Shown: one piece after another, positions 26,803-40,539 of the stretch
Layout: each line of letters begins with the position of its first letter
How positions within the stretch are numbered: position 1 is the first letter of the stretch
From: Lama glama
Taxonomy: Eukaryota
Direction of reading: 5' to 3'
DNA: 64,000 nucleotides
Assembly: GCA_028534125.1 (NCBI GenBank)
Contig: CM052818.1
Coordinates: forward strand, 35,900,001 to 35,964,000
The notes under the pieces: generated by a model
Databases searched by the model: none
The model's input: only the letters and a program-made list of their open reading frames with translations
Told to the model about the DNA's origin: nothing
Program-made: the position numbers and the translations under genes

Positions 26803-26937
26803 CTTAGAATAAGTAGAAATTCTAAATGTCGGTGTCTTCATTCGGAAGCAAAAATTCCTACTGCATGATCTTGCCTGATGGTCCTTGATTTTATCATCAG
26901 AGTCAGTTCCAGTTACATTCCATTAGCATGGATAGAT
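26803..26937 (-). other. NCOA1: 5'-UTR exon (probable exon 2), 135 nt
   Basis: Minus strand: tctctttttttctcctattttag|ATCTATCCATGC...TTATTCTAAG|gtattt. Strong polypyrimidine tract plus AG, GT donor, non-repeat sequence. Confidence 0.8.
26838..26897 (-). promoter_or_regulatory. Candidate uORF, 19 aa (MIKSRTIRQDHAVGIFASE*)
   Basis: Manual translation of the exon; no evidence of actual translation. Confidence 0.35.
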
Positions 26938-27244
26938 CTAAAATAGGAGAAAAAAAGAGACATTTGTTCTACTGAAAACATTAAAAATTTTAGATATTGC
27001 GACACATCATTGTTTCCCTGTAAGCATACAGATTCTTGTACCAATGCTTTATTTGTTCAGGAAATTCTAATTCCTATTCTTGTCCCTACAACAGATTTTT
27101 AAAATTGAAATTAAAAATTAAAGTTTAAATAAATAAACAAAGTTGATAAGAGATCATTAGCTACTAGCTTTAAAAAGGTTCATATCCCAAGAAGAGGTAT
27201 GCAGCAAATTGGGCTTTGCATTGGTAATTCAAGAAGGCAAGAGG

Positions 27245-27607
27245 GAAATTCTGCCATCTGCAGCATGCAGCAACGCAGGTGGACTTGGAGGGCATTATGC
27301 TAAGTGAAATAAGTCAGACAGAGAAAGGCAAATGCTCTATGATATCACTTATATGTGGAATCTAAAAAATACAACAAACTAGTAATTACAACAAACTAGA
27401 AGCAGACTCACAGATACAGAGAACAAACTAGTGGTTACCAGTGGGGGTGGGGGGAGCAATATAAGGGTAGTGGAGAGGGAGGTACAAACCTATCTACTGG
27501 GTGTAAGATAGGCTCAAGAATGTACTGTACAACACAGGGAATAAACCAACATTGAAATAATTGTAAATGGAAAGTAACCTTCAAAAATTGTATTTAAAAA
27601 TGTAAAA
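27245..27607 (+). mobile_element. L1 3' end fragment
   Basis: ggacttggagggcattatgctaagtgaaataagtcagacagagaaag followed by 3'UTR. Confidence 0.88.
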
Positions 27608-28692
27608 GCTATCAGAGTTGCTGCAGTCACCCTAGCAACAGTGGCCTCAGTACTTAGTTTCAGGTAAAATGGAACAGTAGGAGGAAACAGGATTCCAAAC
27701 AGAAGATACCTCTATAATAAAGAAGCACCTAGTATGATGGCTACCATTCATTCTTGGGTCATTGGCAGAGAGATGTGACAAATTGGATTTTACTAAATTA
27801 ATAGTAGTGCTGTATCTTCCCTTTCTACCTTAAAGCTAACTCAAAACACTGGGACTATGCAGACATCAGAGAATGCCTAGGAAACCTGAGACCTACTGGC
27901 TTTCGTTATTTAAAGCCTAACAATATTCCCTTTAGATCACAAAGACATAGTGGATCAGGCTCCAGAGATAATCATACCTGCCAATTCAGGAATCTTGCTA
28001 GTTACTTCCACTTGGGGCTCCCACCCCTGTCACCCTTGGGCTCTATTCAAAACACAAACCATTGTAACTACCTTCTCTCCTGTTTTCAGGCCCACAGTGT
28101 TCTCTATACTTTCTTATCCACTCCATGTGTTCCCCAGCTGCTGCCCTTCCTTCCAACCTAATCCACAGGGGTCTCTGGAAACCCCTTTTACACACAGTAA
28201 AACAAACCACCTCTACATCCTCAGCCTTATCACTGAACACTACTTTCAAACACTGGGCAAAATGCAGCTCCTGAAAAAAATTCTCTAGAGTGAAGACTAA
28301 GGCCACAGGGATTAACTTTCTCCATAGTAACATTTCCAGATCCTAATTCACAAGCAATCCCATTTCCTCCCTCAGGGTCATGCCATCTGACTGTCTCACC
28401 CTCTTCTTGTCTTTGTCATTCAATCTCCCACTCTCTTTTCCAGTCGGGGCCCAGACTCAATCCCATAGATGCACTCTACCTACACTCATCTCTCCAACTG
28501 TCATGTTATCACCCATCTCAAAATCTTGGTTGTCACTCAAGCTATCAGTCCACCTAGTATGTTCCTTTCTTCCTTCCACTTCACCACTCAAATTCCTAAT
28601 TCTGGGTCAATTTAAGCACCTGCTAGATAAAAAATACACAACCATGTGACCTGATCCTGCCATATTAAAGTTCTCAAATTTAGTTAGACAGT

Positions 28693-28853
28693 GGGGGAGG
28701 GTGTAGCTCACTGCCAGAGCGCCTGATTAACATGCACAAGGTCCTGGGTTCAATCCCCAGTAACTCTGTTAAAACAAACAAATAAAATAAACCTAATTAT
28801 CCTCCCAAAACAAACAAACAAAACAAACAAAACAAACAAAAAACCAAAACAAA
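28693..28853 (+). mobile_element. tRNA-derived SINE (Vic-1-like)
   Basis: gggggagggtgtagctca...ggttcaatccccagta, (AAAC)n tail, approximate TSD aaatttag. Confidence 0.87.
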
Positions 28854-30650
28854 ATTTAGACACAGAATGCTATCCAAATCATCAATCAGATCTTGCCCCC
28901 ATAACTCACACTGCCGGTCTTTCCAAATGTGTACCTCTCCCTCTTCCAGCCCTAATGGGTAGGATGGGAGAGGAGTTTAGGCTTTCCTTAACCATTTGTG
29001 TAGGTTGTTTATATTGCAAAACTACTATTTCTTTCATTTACTTTTAGCATTTTCTCAGTCTATCGCCAGCTTTTAGTACAGAAGTTTCTATTTTCAGGTA
29101 GCCAGATTTGTCCATCATTGCACTTTTCATTTCTTTTTTTATTTCTTTGCTTAGGAATTTCTCCCCTTTCAATGATAACAGATAAACACTCTGATTTGCA
29201 CTTTTCTGAGGGCTCTTTGAATACTTAATTCCAAATGATGTATGGAAAGAGATTTTACTCTAAACTGAACTGTATTCCAAACAGTTTTCCTAACAACATT
29301 AAATGATCCTCACCAACCCCTGATTTATACATTTTTTCTTATATATTTCACTTGTCTTATATATTTCACTAGTCTGATTTCCAGACTATAATCTGTTTAA
29401 CTAATGTAATTATTGTTTCTCTATATGTTTTAATTTGTGATGAGAATATTCTTTGGTATTCTCATCTCCTATTCCTCCTGACAACAGTTAGATAGATTTT
29501 ATCAGTTTCCAAGGATATGTCTAGTACTTTCATGAGTAAGAAATGGTTGCCCAGTGCACTATGAGTGCTGTTTATTTCTGTTACAGTTGCTGCCTACACA
29601 ATGTTCCTTTCTTCCTGCTTTGCAGGATCCTGCATACTAGGTCTAGACCCAAAATCTTTCTAATCGTGCCAGAAAACCAGCCTTTTCATATATTTATTCG
29701 TCCGAAGCCAGATTCATAAAATCTTGTTCTTTGCAAATTTTCTATGCTTTGTATTTACCTTTTCATTTGTAAATCTGATTTATGTAAAATAAAGGTATCC
29801 CACAAAATAGTTACTTCATAGGCTAACATTTTTTATCAGCTCTGAAGTATTTTTCAAATCCTCCTGTTGTCTTTTAAGATTCACATAATTGTATTTATTA
29901 TTTTTAATTTTCAAAATATATACATTCACATGAATCAAAAAATCAAAATGATGTAAAAAGGAACACAATATATTTGAGAAGTCTCATTTCTATATCATCC
30001 ACATGCAGCTCACGCTGTCCTTGCTTACTACAGGTCACCACTTTTATTAGTTTCTTGTATATCCTTCCAGTGATTATGTAAATACACTTAACTGCAAATA
30101 TAGTCTTATTCCTCCAGCCTTCTTACACAAAATGTTCAGTTTTGCACCTCATTTTCTTTTTCACTCAATACATCCTGCAGATTTTTCATGTTAGGATATG
30201 CTTCATCATTGTTTTTTAAAACTCCATGATATTTCATTGTGTGAATATATACTAGCTTGTGAAACCAAGCCCATAATTTTAAGAAATTAGATTCTACAAA
30301 TATGTCTTATTTATGAAAATAATTTAATTCAAGAGCAACAACTGTACAAACCAAGCAGCACAGGAACCTATGTGGTGTGATTTCATTTTTAGTTTATTTT
30401 TACTCTATTAGTAAATGTAAGTTCTCTTGTGCATTTTTTATCTTTTATCTCAAGTTTACTCTATGATCCTATCTAAAATCTATCAACCTTAATAGTCATA
30501 AACTTTGAAAGTAGAAGGATAGTTCCCAGGTTGAGAGGCCTCAAATTCTGAAAGCTGCCCCTCTCATCGAGGGTTTCAATGGGCTGCAAAAATGAAATAC
30601 AGTTGTACAAGAGTCAAGACAATTTTACAAGTCAAGAAATGTTCCATTCT

Positions 30651-31748
30651 CAGAAATGAACCCACAAGCTTTTGGTCAACTAATCTTCGACAAAGGAGGC
30701 AAGAATATACAATGGAATACAGCAAATNNNNNNNNNNNNNNNNNNNNNNNNNNNNNNNNNNNNNNNNNNNNNNNNNNNNNNNNNNNNNNNNNNNNNNNNN
30801 NNNNNNNNNNNNNNNNNNNNNNNNNNNNNNNNNNNNNNNNNNNNNNNNNNNNNNNNNNNNNNNNNNNNNNNNNNNNNNNNNNNNNNNNNNNNNNNNNNNN
30901 NNNNNNNNNNNNNNNNNNNNNNNNNNNNNNNNNNNNNNNNNNNNNNNNNNNNNNNNNNNNNNNNNNNNNNNNNNNNNNNNNNNNNNNNNNNNNNNNNNNN
31001 NNNNNNNNNNNNNNNNNNNNNNNNNNNNNNNNNNNNNNNNNNNNNNNNNNNNNNNNNNNNNNNNNNNNNNNNNNNNNNNNNNNNNNNNNNNNNNNNNNNN
31101 NNNNNNNNNNNNNNNNNNNNNNNNNNNNNNNNNNNNNNNNNNNNNNNNNNNNNNNNNNNNNNNNNNNNNNNNNNNNNNNNNNNNNNNNNNNNNNNNNNNN
31201 NNNNNNNNNNNNNNNNNNNNNNNNNNNCAGGTGACTGGATAAAGAAGAGGTGGTATATTTATACAATGGAATACTACTCAGCCATAAAAACTGACAACAT
31301 AATGCCATTTGCAGCAACATGGATGCTCCTGGAGAATGTCATTCTAAGTGAAGTAAGCCAGAAAGAGAAAGAAAAATACCATATGAGATCGCTCATATGT
31401 GGAATCTAAAAAACAAAAACAAAAACAAACAAACAAACAAACAAAAACAGAGTGTAAATACAGGACAGAAATAGACTCATAGAAAGAGAATACAGACTTG
31501 TGGTTGCCACGGGGGTGGAGGGTGGGAAGGGATAGACTGGGATTTCAAAATTGTAGAATAGATAAACAAGATTACACTGTACAGCACAGGGAAATATACA
31601 CAAAGTGTTATGATAACTCACAGAGAAAAAAATGTGACAATGAGTGTGTATATGTCAATGAATGACTGAAAAATTGTGCTGAACACTGGAATTTGACACA
31701 ACATTGTAAAGTGATTATAAATCAATAAAAAATGTTAAAAAAAAAAAA
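30651..31748 (+). mobile_element. Young 5'-truncated L1 containing 500-N gap
   Basis: MNPQAFGQLIFDKGGKNIQW ORF2 motif; 17-bp TSD aagaaatgttcc(a/c)ttct at 30634-30650 and 31749-31765. Confidence 0.94.
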
Positions 31749-31917
31749 AAGAAATGTTCCCTTCTACTTAGTGGGATCAGTAAAAGCTTCATGGAGGATG
31801 TGGCCCCTTGGATTCAATCCTAAATGATGAAGTGCTCAAGAGGCAAATGAAAGCAAAAGAAAACATTCAAGAGGGATCAGAATAAGCAGCCGTTTGAAAC
31901 AGCATACCTTGCCAAGA

Positions 31918-34900
31918 ACTTCCACTTCCACTTAGAATGCAGAAAGCCACAAAAGAATGTTGTTCCTACTCCAGTGAGAAACAGCCAGACCTATAAAATC
32001 GAAACTTCTCTTGGGCATAATAAAGAATTGAAGTTACAAGGCAGCCAAGTATATTCAATTCCAAAGAAAGACAAGTTCCTCCAAGGATGACAGCACACAC
32101 AAACTGTTTTACCTTTGGCAGGTCATCAGAAGTGGCCCACATTCAAGTATATAACAAAAAAGATCAGTTAAGATTTTAACACATTTTTAAAGACCAATGT
32201 GGCCTACTGTGTCGGCTGAGAATGGCTGAGGACCCCAGACACAAGAGAGTACACTCAATTGCAAGTTCTTCTACAACCTCAACCAAATTCTCACAACAAA
32301 AATTAGACGTAGGACATTTATAGAACATTATACACAATGAGAATAGAAAATACATTATTTTCAAGGGTACATGGAACATTCACCAAGAAAGATCATATAT
32401 GGGCCATAAAACAAACCTCAGAATATTTTAAAAAATCAAAATTAAATAATGCATCTTCTCTGACAAGAACAGAATTGTTAGAATCAATAACTGAAAGATA
32501 GATTAAGAATTACCAAAGGTTAGAAATTAACACATTTCTAAATACTCCAAAGGTCAAAAAGAGAACTTACAAAATATTTTTAATTGAATGAAAAGTAAAA
32601 CAGAACATATCAAAATTTAAGGGATACCACTAAAGCAGTTCTTAGAAAGAAACTAATAGTATAAAACATAAAATGCTTATATTAGAAAATAAGAAGTCTT
32701 GCATCAATAATCTAAGCCTCCACCTTAAGTAGAAAAAGAACCAATTAAACACAAAGCAATTAGAAGGGAGAAATGAAACAAAACAAAAAAAAATAGAGAA
32801 AATTTATGAAACTGAAATCTAATTCTTTGAAAATTTCAATAACACTGAATAAACTTCCAGCCAGAGAGAGAGAAAGAAGCCACAAATACCTATATCAGGA
32901 ATGAAAACAGGACATTACTAGAAATCATAGAGATATTAAAAGGATAATAAGAAAATATTAATAACAACTTCATGGCAATAAATTCTACAACTTTGATAAA
33001 ATGTACCAATTCCTTAAAAGTTTGAAGACAAACTACCAAGGTCACTCAAGAAAATTAGTTAACAATAGCTCTTAAGACATTAAGAAAATATAATTCATAG
33101 TTTGAAACTTTCACACAAAGAAAGTTCCAAAACAAATGGCTTCCTTGGTAAATTCCCCCAACATCTTAAGGAAGAAATTATACCAATGTTACATGAATTT
33201 TCCAGAAATAAATGAAGAGGAAATATTTCTCAATTCGTTTTATGAGTACAGCATTACTTTAATACAAAAGTCAGACAAAAAAGCTTTAAGAAAAATAAAA
33301 ATACAGACCAATATCCTTTTATGAACATAGACACAAAATATCTTAACCAAATACTAGAAAAATAAATCTAGCAATATATAAAAAGGAATATATATCATGA
33401 CCAAATAGCATTTGTCCCAGGAATGCAATATTAGTTCAATTTATGAAAACAAATCCATCAATGTTATTCACCATATCAACAGACAAAAATATAAGTGATC
33501 ATGTTCAAAGATGCAAAAAAAAATTTAGGAAAAAACCCACAAACATTCATGATTCAAAACCCTCAGAAAACTAAGAACAGAAAGTAACAGTCTCAGCCTA
33601 AGACATGAATTTAACAACAAATCTACAGCTAGTATCATACATAATCATGAAAGACTAAATGTTTTCCAAGATCAGGAACAAGGCAAGAACATTTGCCCTC
33701 ACTACTCTTATTCAACAATTCACTGTATTGTCAGTATAATAATGCAAGAAAATGAAATAAAAGCCTAGAGATGGAGAAAAACAATGTCTTTTTTCACAAG
33801 TGATAGGACTGCCTATATAGAAAATCCCAAAGAATCTTATTACTAAAACTAATAAGTAAATTTAGCAAAATTGCAGGATACAAGGTCAATATACAAAGTT
33901 AAACTGTATTTCTATATGGCAGCAATTAATAATTAGAAATAAATTAACAAAGCAGTAGCAATTATATTAGCACCAAAAAAGAAAGATTTAGGGTAAATAT
34001 AACAAAATAAATGGAAGATCCCTGTGCTTAAAAATACAAAACACCAAGTGGGAAATAAAAGACTTCAATAAATCGAGATACACTGTTTTCAAAGATTAGA
34101 TCAATCAATATTTAGATATTAATTCTCCTCAAATTAGTTTATAGATTTAACATAAACCCCAATTACAATCCCACCAGGCTTTTCTTTTTTTGTAAAAACT
34201 GGCAAACTGGTTCTAAAATTTATATGGATATGAACAGAATATAGAATACCAAAAATAATTTTGAAGAAGAAGAACAATGCTGAAAATTTTTCACTACCTA
34301 ATTTCAATACTTTCTATAAAGCTATAGTTAATCAAGATATTATAATTCTGACATAAAGATAAACATACAGATCAATGGAACAGAAGAGACAGTCCAGAAA
34401 TAGACCTACATATTAATGATCAATTGACTTTCAATAAAAGTACCAGGGTAATTCAATGGAAAAAGAATTGTTTTTGTAACAAATAGTGCTGAAACAAATG
34501 ACAGCCATATGGGGGGAAAAAGGGAAGAAAACAACCTCAACCCATACCTCACATCTTATATAAATATTAATAAAGCTAAATATTTTAAAATGTGAAACTG
34601 TAAAATTTCTAGAGGAAGACAGAAGAGAAAATGAGGGGAACCTAGGTTAGTCTAGAAGTTGGAAAACTTTTTCAGTAAAGGGATTAGATACTAAATATTT
34701 TAGGCTTTGTGGGTTATACAGTCTCTGCTGCTGAGACTTAACTCCGTCCTGCAGCATAAAAGCAGCTATAGACAACATGGAATCAAACAGGCAGAGCCAT
34801 GTTCCAATAAAACTTTATTTACAAAAACAAGCAGTGGGCTGAATCAGCTATAGTTTGCCAACCCGAGTTAGGTAGAGTTCTTAGATATGACACTAAAAGC

Positions 34901-35110
34901 ATGAACCATAAGATACTGCACTTAAAAATATAAACTTCTGCTCTTGAAAAGTGTTATGAAAAAGTAAAGACAAGCCACAAACTTGCAGAAAATATCTGCA
35001 AAACAAATATATGATAAAGAACTTACTTTCAGAATGTAAAGAACTCTTTGATACAATAATAAGAAAATAAACAATCTAATAAAAATAATGGGCAAAGTAT
35101 TTGGACAAAG
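31918..35110 (+). mobile_element. Old L1M: 5' piece joined to decayed ORF2
   Basis: Endonuclease-to-RT-like motifs (catggaacattcaccaag, FLNSFYEYSITLI), heavily disrupted. Confidence 0.85.
34652..34866 (+). mobile_element. MER58A-like hAT-Charlie element inside L1
   Basis: aaatattttaggctttgtggg...gttccaataaaactttatttacaaaaacaag...tagtttgccaaccc. Confidence 0.85.
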
Positions 35111-35684
35111 CAAAAATGACAAGTCTAACAAGCAGCCTGCTGACATGGTACATGTGTTTGATCTTTCCTACTAGCCGTTAGGCTCCCTGAAGCTAGACTT
35201 CTCCTGTCAGAACGGCATAGCCAACACTCTGCCTTACACAAGAGGATAACCAACAAACGAAATAAAACTATCAGAGCACTTTAAAAGTTAATTTTTAGAG
35301 TAGTTAATACATGTCCCTGGTACAAAAAGTAAACTGTACTAAGGAGCTATGGTGAATAGAAAGTCTCCCCCAGTCACTGAGGTCCCTTCCCTAGTTGACT
35401 GTGTACTCACTGGTATTCTTTACATAAAAAGTCATTTACATGTATTTTTAATGAAAGTTGTGGCAAAAAAAAAAAGTTACACAGTTTCTCATCATGATTC
35501 TTTTTAACTTAATGAATGTTAGAAATTACTTCATATCATTCCTTATAGAATTCCTTCATGCTTTTTAAAAATAATTTCATGATATTATATCATATGAATA
35601 CACCATCGTTTGTTTAACCAGTTTCTCATTGATGGACTCGTACATTGTTTCCGGTATTTTTCTATTACTGACAATGTTGTAAAT

Positions 35685-35955
35685 GACACAGAAAACAAAC
35701 ATGGTTGCCAGAGAGGGAAGGAGTGGGAAGGGATAAATTGGGAGTTCAAGATTCACAGACACTAACTACTATATATAAAATAGATAAACAAGTTTATATT
35801 GTATAGCACAGGGAACTATATTCAATATCTTGTAGTAACCTACACTGAAAAAGAATATGAAAAGAGAATATATCTATGTGTATGTATGACTGAACTATTG
35901 TGCCATACACCAGAAATTGACACAACATTGTAAAATGACTACAATAAAAAAAAAT
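35685..35955 (+). mobile_element. L1 3' end fragment
   Basis: gggataaattgggagttcaagatt...gtatagcacagggaactatattcaatatcttg, aataaa and A tail. Confidence 0.88.
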
Positions 35956-36356
35956 CTGTGTACTCAAGAAGTAGAATTATTTACTGAGTTAAACAGTATC
36001 TGGATTTTAAATTATGATACCCTTCACTAGAACTGTGCTCCACAAAGTTTATCGGGACTTAAAAAAAATGTATGGACATGTGTTGACAGTAAACCTTCCA
36101 GACAAGAGAAACTAAGATTTTTTCAACTCTAAGTAATCAAAGATACTTTAAATTTTTGTGAATGACAATGACAAAAGTGAGATTTAGCATGATCTCCTTC
36201 CAGTATCCCAAATTTTTTTCTACTAAATTAAGGCAATAATTTTTATTTAATATGTATAACCTGTCTAATTTCTAAGAGGACTTGATTGGTTACAAGTTAA
36301 GATACAAGAGGATTAATCACAATAAAATTATGTAAATAAAATTAAAAACCAGATAC

Positions 36357-36875
36357 TGTGGTAGCTGGTTGGTTTGGACACATACTGTCCTCCAAAAATG
36401 GCTGCTATCAATTCCTTCCCTCTCTCTCATTCCACCCATGAGGAAATGGACCTTATATCTCAGTTCCTTGAATCTTGGCTGACTCTGTGACTTGCTTTGC
36501 CCAACAGGATGTGGTAAAAATGACATTCTGAAGTTCCAAAGACCAGAAGGACTGGCAGCTTCCCCTTTCTCCCTCTTGGAAGCTAGAAGCCGTGTAAGAA
36601 ATTCAAATACCCTGAAACTACCATGCTGAGAAGAAGCCATGTAGAGGCATGCCAAAGTGCCAGACATGTGAGTGAAGCCTTCGTAGACTGTCCAGCCCAG
36701 TCCAGCTACCAGCTGAATGAGTGAACCCACTTGATGCCACACAGAGCAGAAGAATCATCTAGTCAAGGCCTGATCAAATTCCTGGCCCACAGAACTCTAA
36801 AAACAATAAATAAAAATGGTTTTAGGCCACTAAGTTTCAGGATGATTTATAACATCACAATAGGCAGCTGAAACA
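36357..36875 (+). mobile_element. MaLR solo LTR (MLT1H/F-like)
   Basis: TG...CA termini, perfect 5-bp TSD gatac (36352-36356, 36876-36880), MLT1 motifs. Confidence 0.88.
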
Positions 36876-37534
36876 GATACTATCAAGTTGATAATATCAG
36901 CAAATTATAAAGACTGTGTGCCAAATTTGGGTCTATGTTTTTAAGGTTGTAAGTTTTCATTTTTGATAAGAATAAAACATGTAAATTTCTATCTGAACTC
37001 TATGCACTTCTACAAAGAACAATGAACCTAGTGGACTATAGTTTCAAATATAATTTTAGAGCATGCACATCATTCAAATGATGTTCCTTATAGACAGATC
37101 TATTCAGACAGATGGCATATCATTAAATCAGAACTCAGTACAAGCTTTTTCATGTCGGAGGAGACTGAGATGACATGGTCTTGATACTTCTGTTCTCTGA
37201 AGACTTAATACAAGAAACTAGATGAATACATAATTAAAATATTCATTAAACTATCTTCTCATATCTGATACTTTAAGTGAGCTTTTGATAGACACTAAAT
37301 AGCTGTCAGTCTGTGATTACATCTAGTAAGAACACACAGAATACTCTGTAAGATTGGTTAGTCAGATAAATTAACAGCTCCAAAATCTACCTTTCCCCTA
37401 GAACAGATTCCACTGAGATCACCAACATTCTTTACCACTGTATCTCATGAAAATACCCTAGTCCTTAAGTTATTTAACCTTAAACAGTATCTACACAAAT
37501 AAGCATTTTCTTTTAGTCACGAAATGCAGCTCAA

Positions 37535-38640
37535 ACTCAAGGGCTGGGGAGTTAAGTTCCACCTCCTTGAGAGGGAAATGTCTGCATAAATTACTCGGAA
37601 TTCTTCTCTATGGGGTAAATAAGTGGGCAGGGGGACCACATATTTATTTGATCATTTATTTTAATCAGTATGGACTTAGGGATATTCATTTTGTATTTGC
37701 AGTTATAATCCAATACTATGTTATTTATTTTGTTGCTCAAACTCTTCCAGCTTTGGTCACTAGATGCTCTTTTGGGTTGGCTCCTGTATTCCTTTGCCAA
37801 GCCCATATCCTTTTGAATTTTGAATATTTTCTTACTTTCTAGCACTACAAAACGTTCCAGGCTCATCTTGCATATTCCCTGCTCCAGTCCTAGAATGAGC
37901 CATTTTCCAAGGAGCTTAGTTCTTTGTATTGGAGAATATTAGAAATCAAGATCTGGGTGCTGGAAACAGAAAGAGACTCACAGAGAGGAAAAAAAACAAA
38001 AAACAAATGTATGGTTACTAGTGGGGAAGGGAAGAGGGAGGGATAAATTGGCAGTTTGGTATTAACAAACTATTATGCACAAAATAGATAAACAACAAGA
38101 TAGACAGACACATAGACAGACAGACAACACAGGGAAGTATACTCAATGGCTTGTTTTAACTTATAATGAAAAAGAATATATGGGTGTATATATATATGTG
38201 TATATATGTATAACTGAATCACTATGTTGTAACCAGAAATTAATACATTGTAAATCAACTATATTCCAATAAAAAATAACAAACAAACAAAAAATGATCT
38301 GGGTGCTGGGTGTGTACAGTGCTACTGGAGTGTCATTGCTTCTAGGTCCTTTTAGTAGACAGAACTAGGAAATATATGTCTGTATACTTGGCCTTATGTA
38401 CATACATATCTATAACTGTTTCTATATCCATAATCTACATTAAGCTAAACATGAGTCCATCCTGATGCCTCTAACTAATCTAGTACCACACAGTTTGTTC
38501 TAGCATTCCCTGCGCTTATGGTTATCTGTAACTTCACTCTCCAAAAGTGAGAAACCTAGCTCCCACAATTCATATCCATTTACTTTTTTGTTTAATACCA
38601 ATATACATTTACAGTGGTTTCAGATGTTAGCTCACACTTT
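37535..38640 (-). mobile_element. Old L1 (L1MD-like) 3' region
   Basis: gttccaggctcatcttgcatattccctgctccagtcctagaatgagccatttt. Confidence 0.75.
37964..38295 (+). mobile_element. L1 3' end inserted in the older L1
   Basis: Perfect 14-bp TSD gatctgggtgctgg at 37950-37963 and 38296-38309. Confidence 0.92.
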
Positions 38641-38759
38641 CTTGAATTTTTTAAATCATTATGTAAATTTCAGGTGTACCTCCTGAATTTTTGTTCTACT
38701 TTTCAGTCATTCCTTCCAAAAGGCTTATCAGAAGAATCCTCATTAAATATGTGTGTCCT

Positions 38760-40180
38760 AAGATCTTTCACCTAAATTATCTCCTCTCTCTGCACCTTCT
38801 ACCTGGGTGAGCTTTTATATCCACGACTTTAGTTACCTTGCAAATGTTGATACTTTCCAAATCAGTATCTCCAACCCAGATCTCTCTCCTATACTTCAAA
38901 CCGATTTATCTAACTATCTACTGGATGTCAACTTAGGTGTTCCACAGGAACCTCAAACTGAACACATCATCCTTCCTTAATCTTCTCCTCCCGGATTCCT
39001 CTACTAAATGGCATCATCATCATCATCATCTACCTATTGCACAAGCCAGAAATTTAAGATCAGGGCTGTTCTCTTCTCTCTATATCTTCTGAATAGCCAA
39101 CCACCAAAGCCTAAATCTTTCTCAAATTCATCTGCTTCTCTCCATCCCATGATCTCACCACAGCCAGCCTAACACCACCTCTAACCTAGAAATATTTATT
39201 GTTAGAACAAATGAATAAATAAGACAACTCTCTAATTGATCTCACTACCTTCAATTTTACCAGCTCTAATTCAATATTCTCCAGTATTGTCTGAGTATTC
39301 GATCTAAAAAACAAATCATATCATGTTTTCATGATTAAAATATTTTAGTAGGCTCCCGCCCAACCCCAGATAAAGCCCAACTGCCTCGATACTGTTTTCA
39401 AGGTTTTTGTGTGATACTGTCCCTGGTTACCTCTCCAGTGTCATCTGCTTCTTTCTCTCACTTTGTATTTTCTGCAGTCAACTAATCTGAAATCTTCTCA
39501 ATTTCTCTCTCTTGTCTTCTTGTCTCAACTCAGATGTTCCTTCTTCAGAAAGCCATCTCTGCCTCTCTCCCAAATCTGGGTTAAGTGCTCCTATTCTATT
39601 CTCATATTCTATCATGGTGCACCTCTTTTCCCTCCCTTCCTCTACTTCTACATACCTAGTGGTCATTTTGTCTCAAAAGTCTGTGCATTCTTCCTGAGCA
39701 ATCTCACCATGAGCATGAGACCCACTACCACTATCACCTATATATGACTTTCAAATCTTGCTCAAACCCAAAATATTTGAGTTCCAGATCCACATATCCA
39801 TTACTCTAACAGACAATTCTCTACCTGATTGTCTTACAAGTACCTCAATTTCAACATGTCTAAATAAGAGAGTAGAATCCTCTATTACCACCCACTAAAA
39901 TGCTCTTACTCTGGAATTTGCTACCATGGTTTCCAGCAATATCACCTCTTCACTTAACTAAACAAGAAACCTAGGAATATTCTAGATTCCTCCTTCTCTT
40001 TCATTCCCACATCCAGCTGGCCTCATTAATTCTACATTTTTAAACATCTCTTGTATCTGTTTCCTCAGCTCTATCCCTACTGCTACTATCTTAGTTCAAG
40101 ATCTCACTGTATCACTGAATCATCATTAAGAGTCAGTTCTCTTCTACTACCAATCATGCACTGCTCTAATCCATCCTCCA
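38760..40180 (+). mobile_element. L2 fragments (at least two)
   Basis: ccaaatcagtatctccaacccagatctctctcct; tacctcaatttcaacatgtctaaa; CT-rich. Confidence 0.75.
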
Positions 40181-40539
40181 CTGGCCCCAAAAAGATTATT
40201 CCATTTCAACCACCAAATTTTTCATTCCCCAGATCTCTAACTGATTCTTCTTAATAAATGCCTACTCTTGTTTTATAACTACTTGTTAAGAATATAATAA
40301 ATTCCCTATCTCTCTAGAATTATTGGCTACACTTATACTAGAACTCTGTTCTAGTCACTTTTTACTTGACATTAAGCTCTTCCTTTTGTTGATTCTCTTT
40401 CATGGTGTTGATTTTCCTGAAACATTTGGAGATTCTTTTCTTTGTATTTGGTATTCTATTACATTCTGCTGCCTTCTTTTGGTACAGCTCATTCAGAGAG
40501 CAACACTCATTTCATACTGCTTTCAGTAGGAGTAGAAGA

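Noticed and set aside
36317..36742. 141-aa minus-strand ORF
   Set aside because: Antisense reading of the MLT1 LTR.
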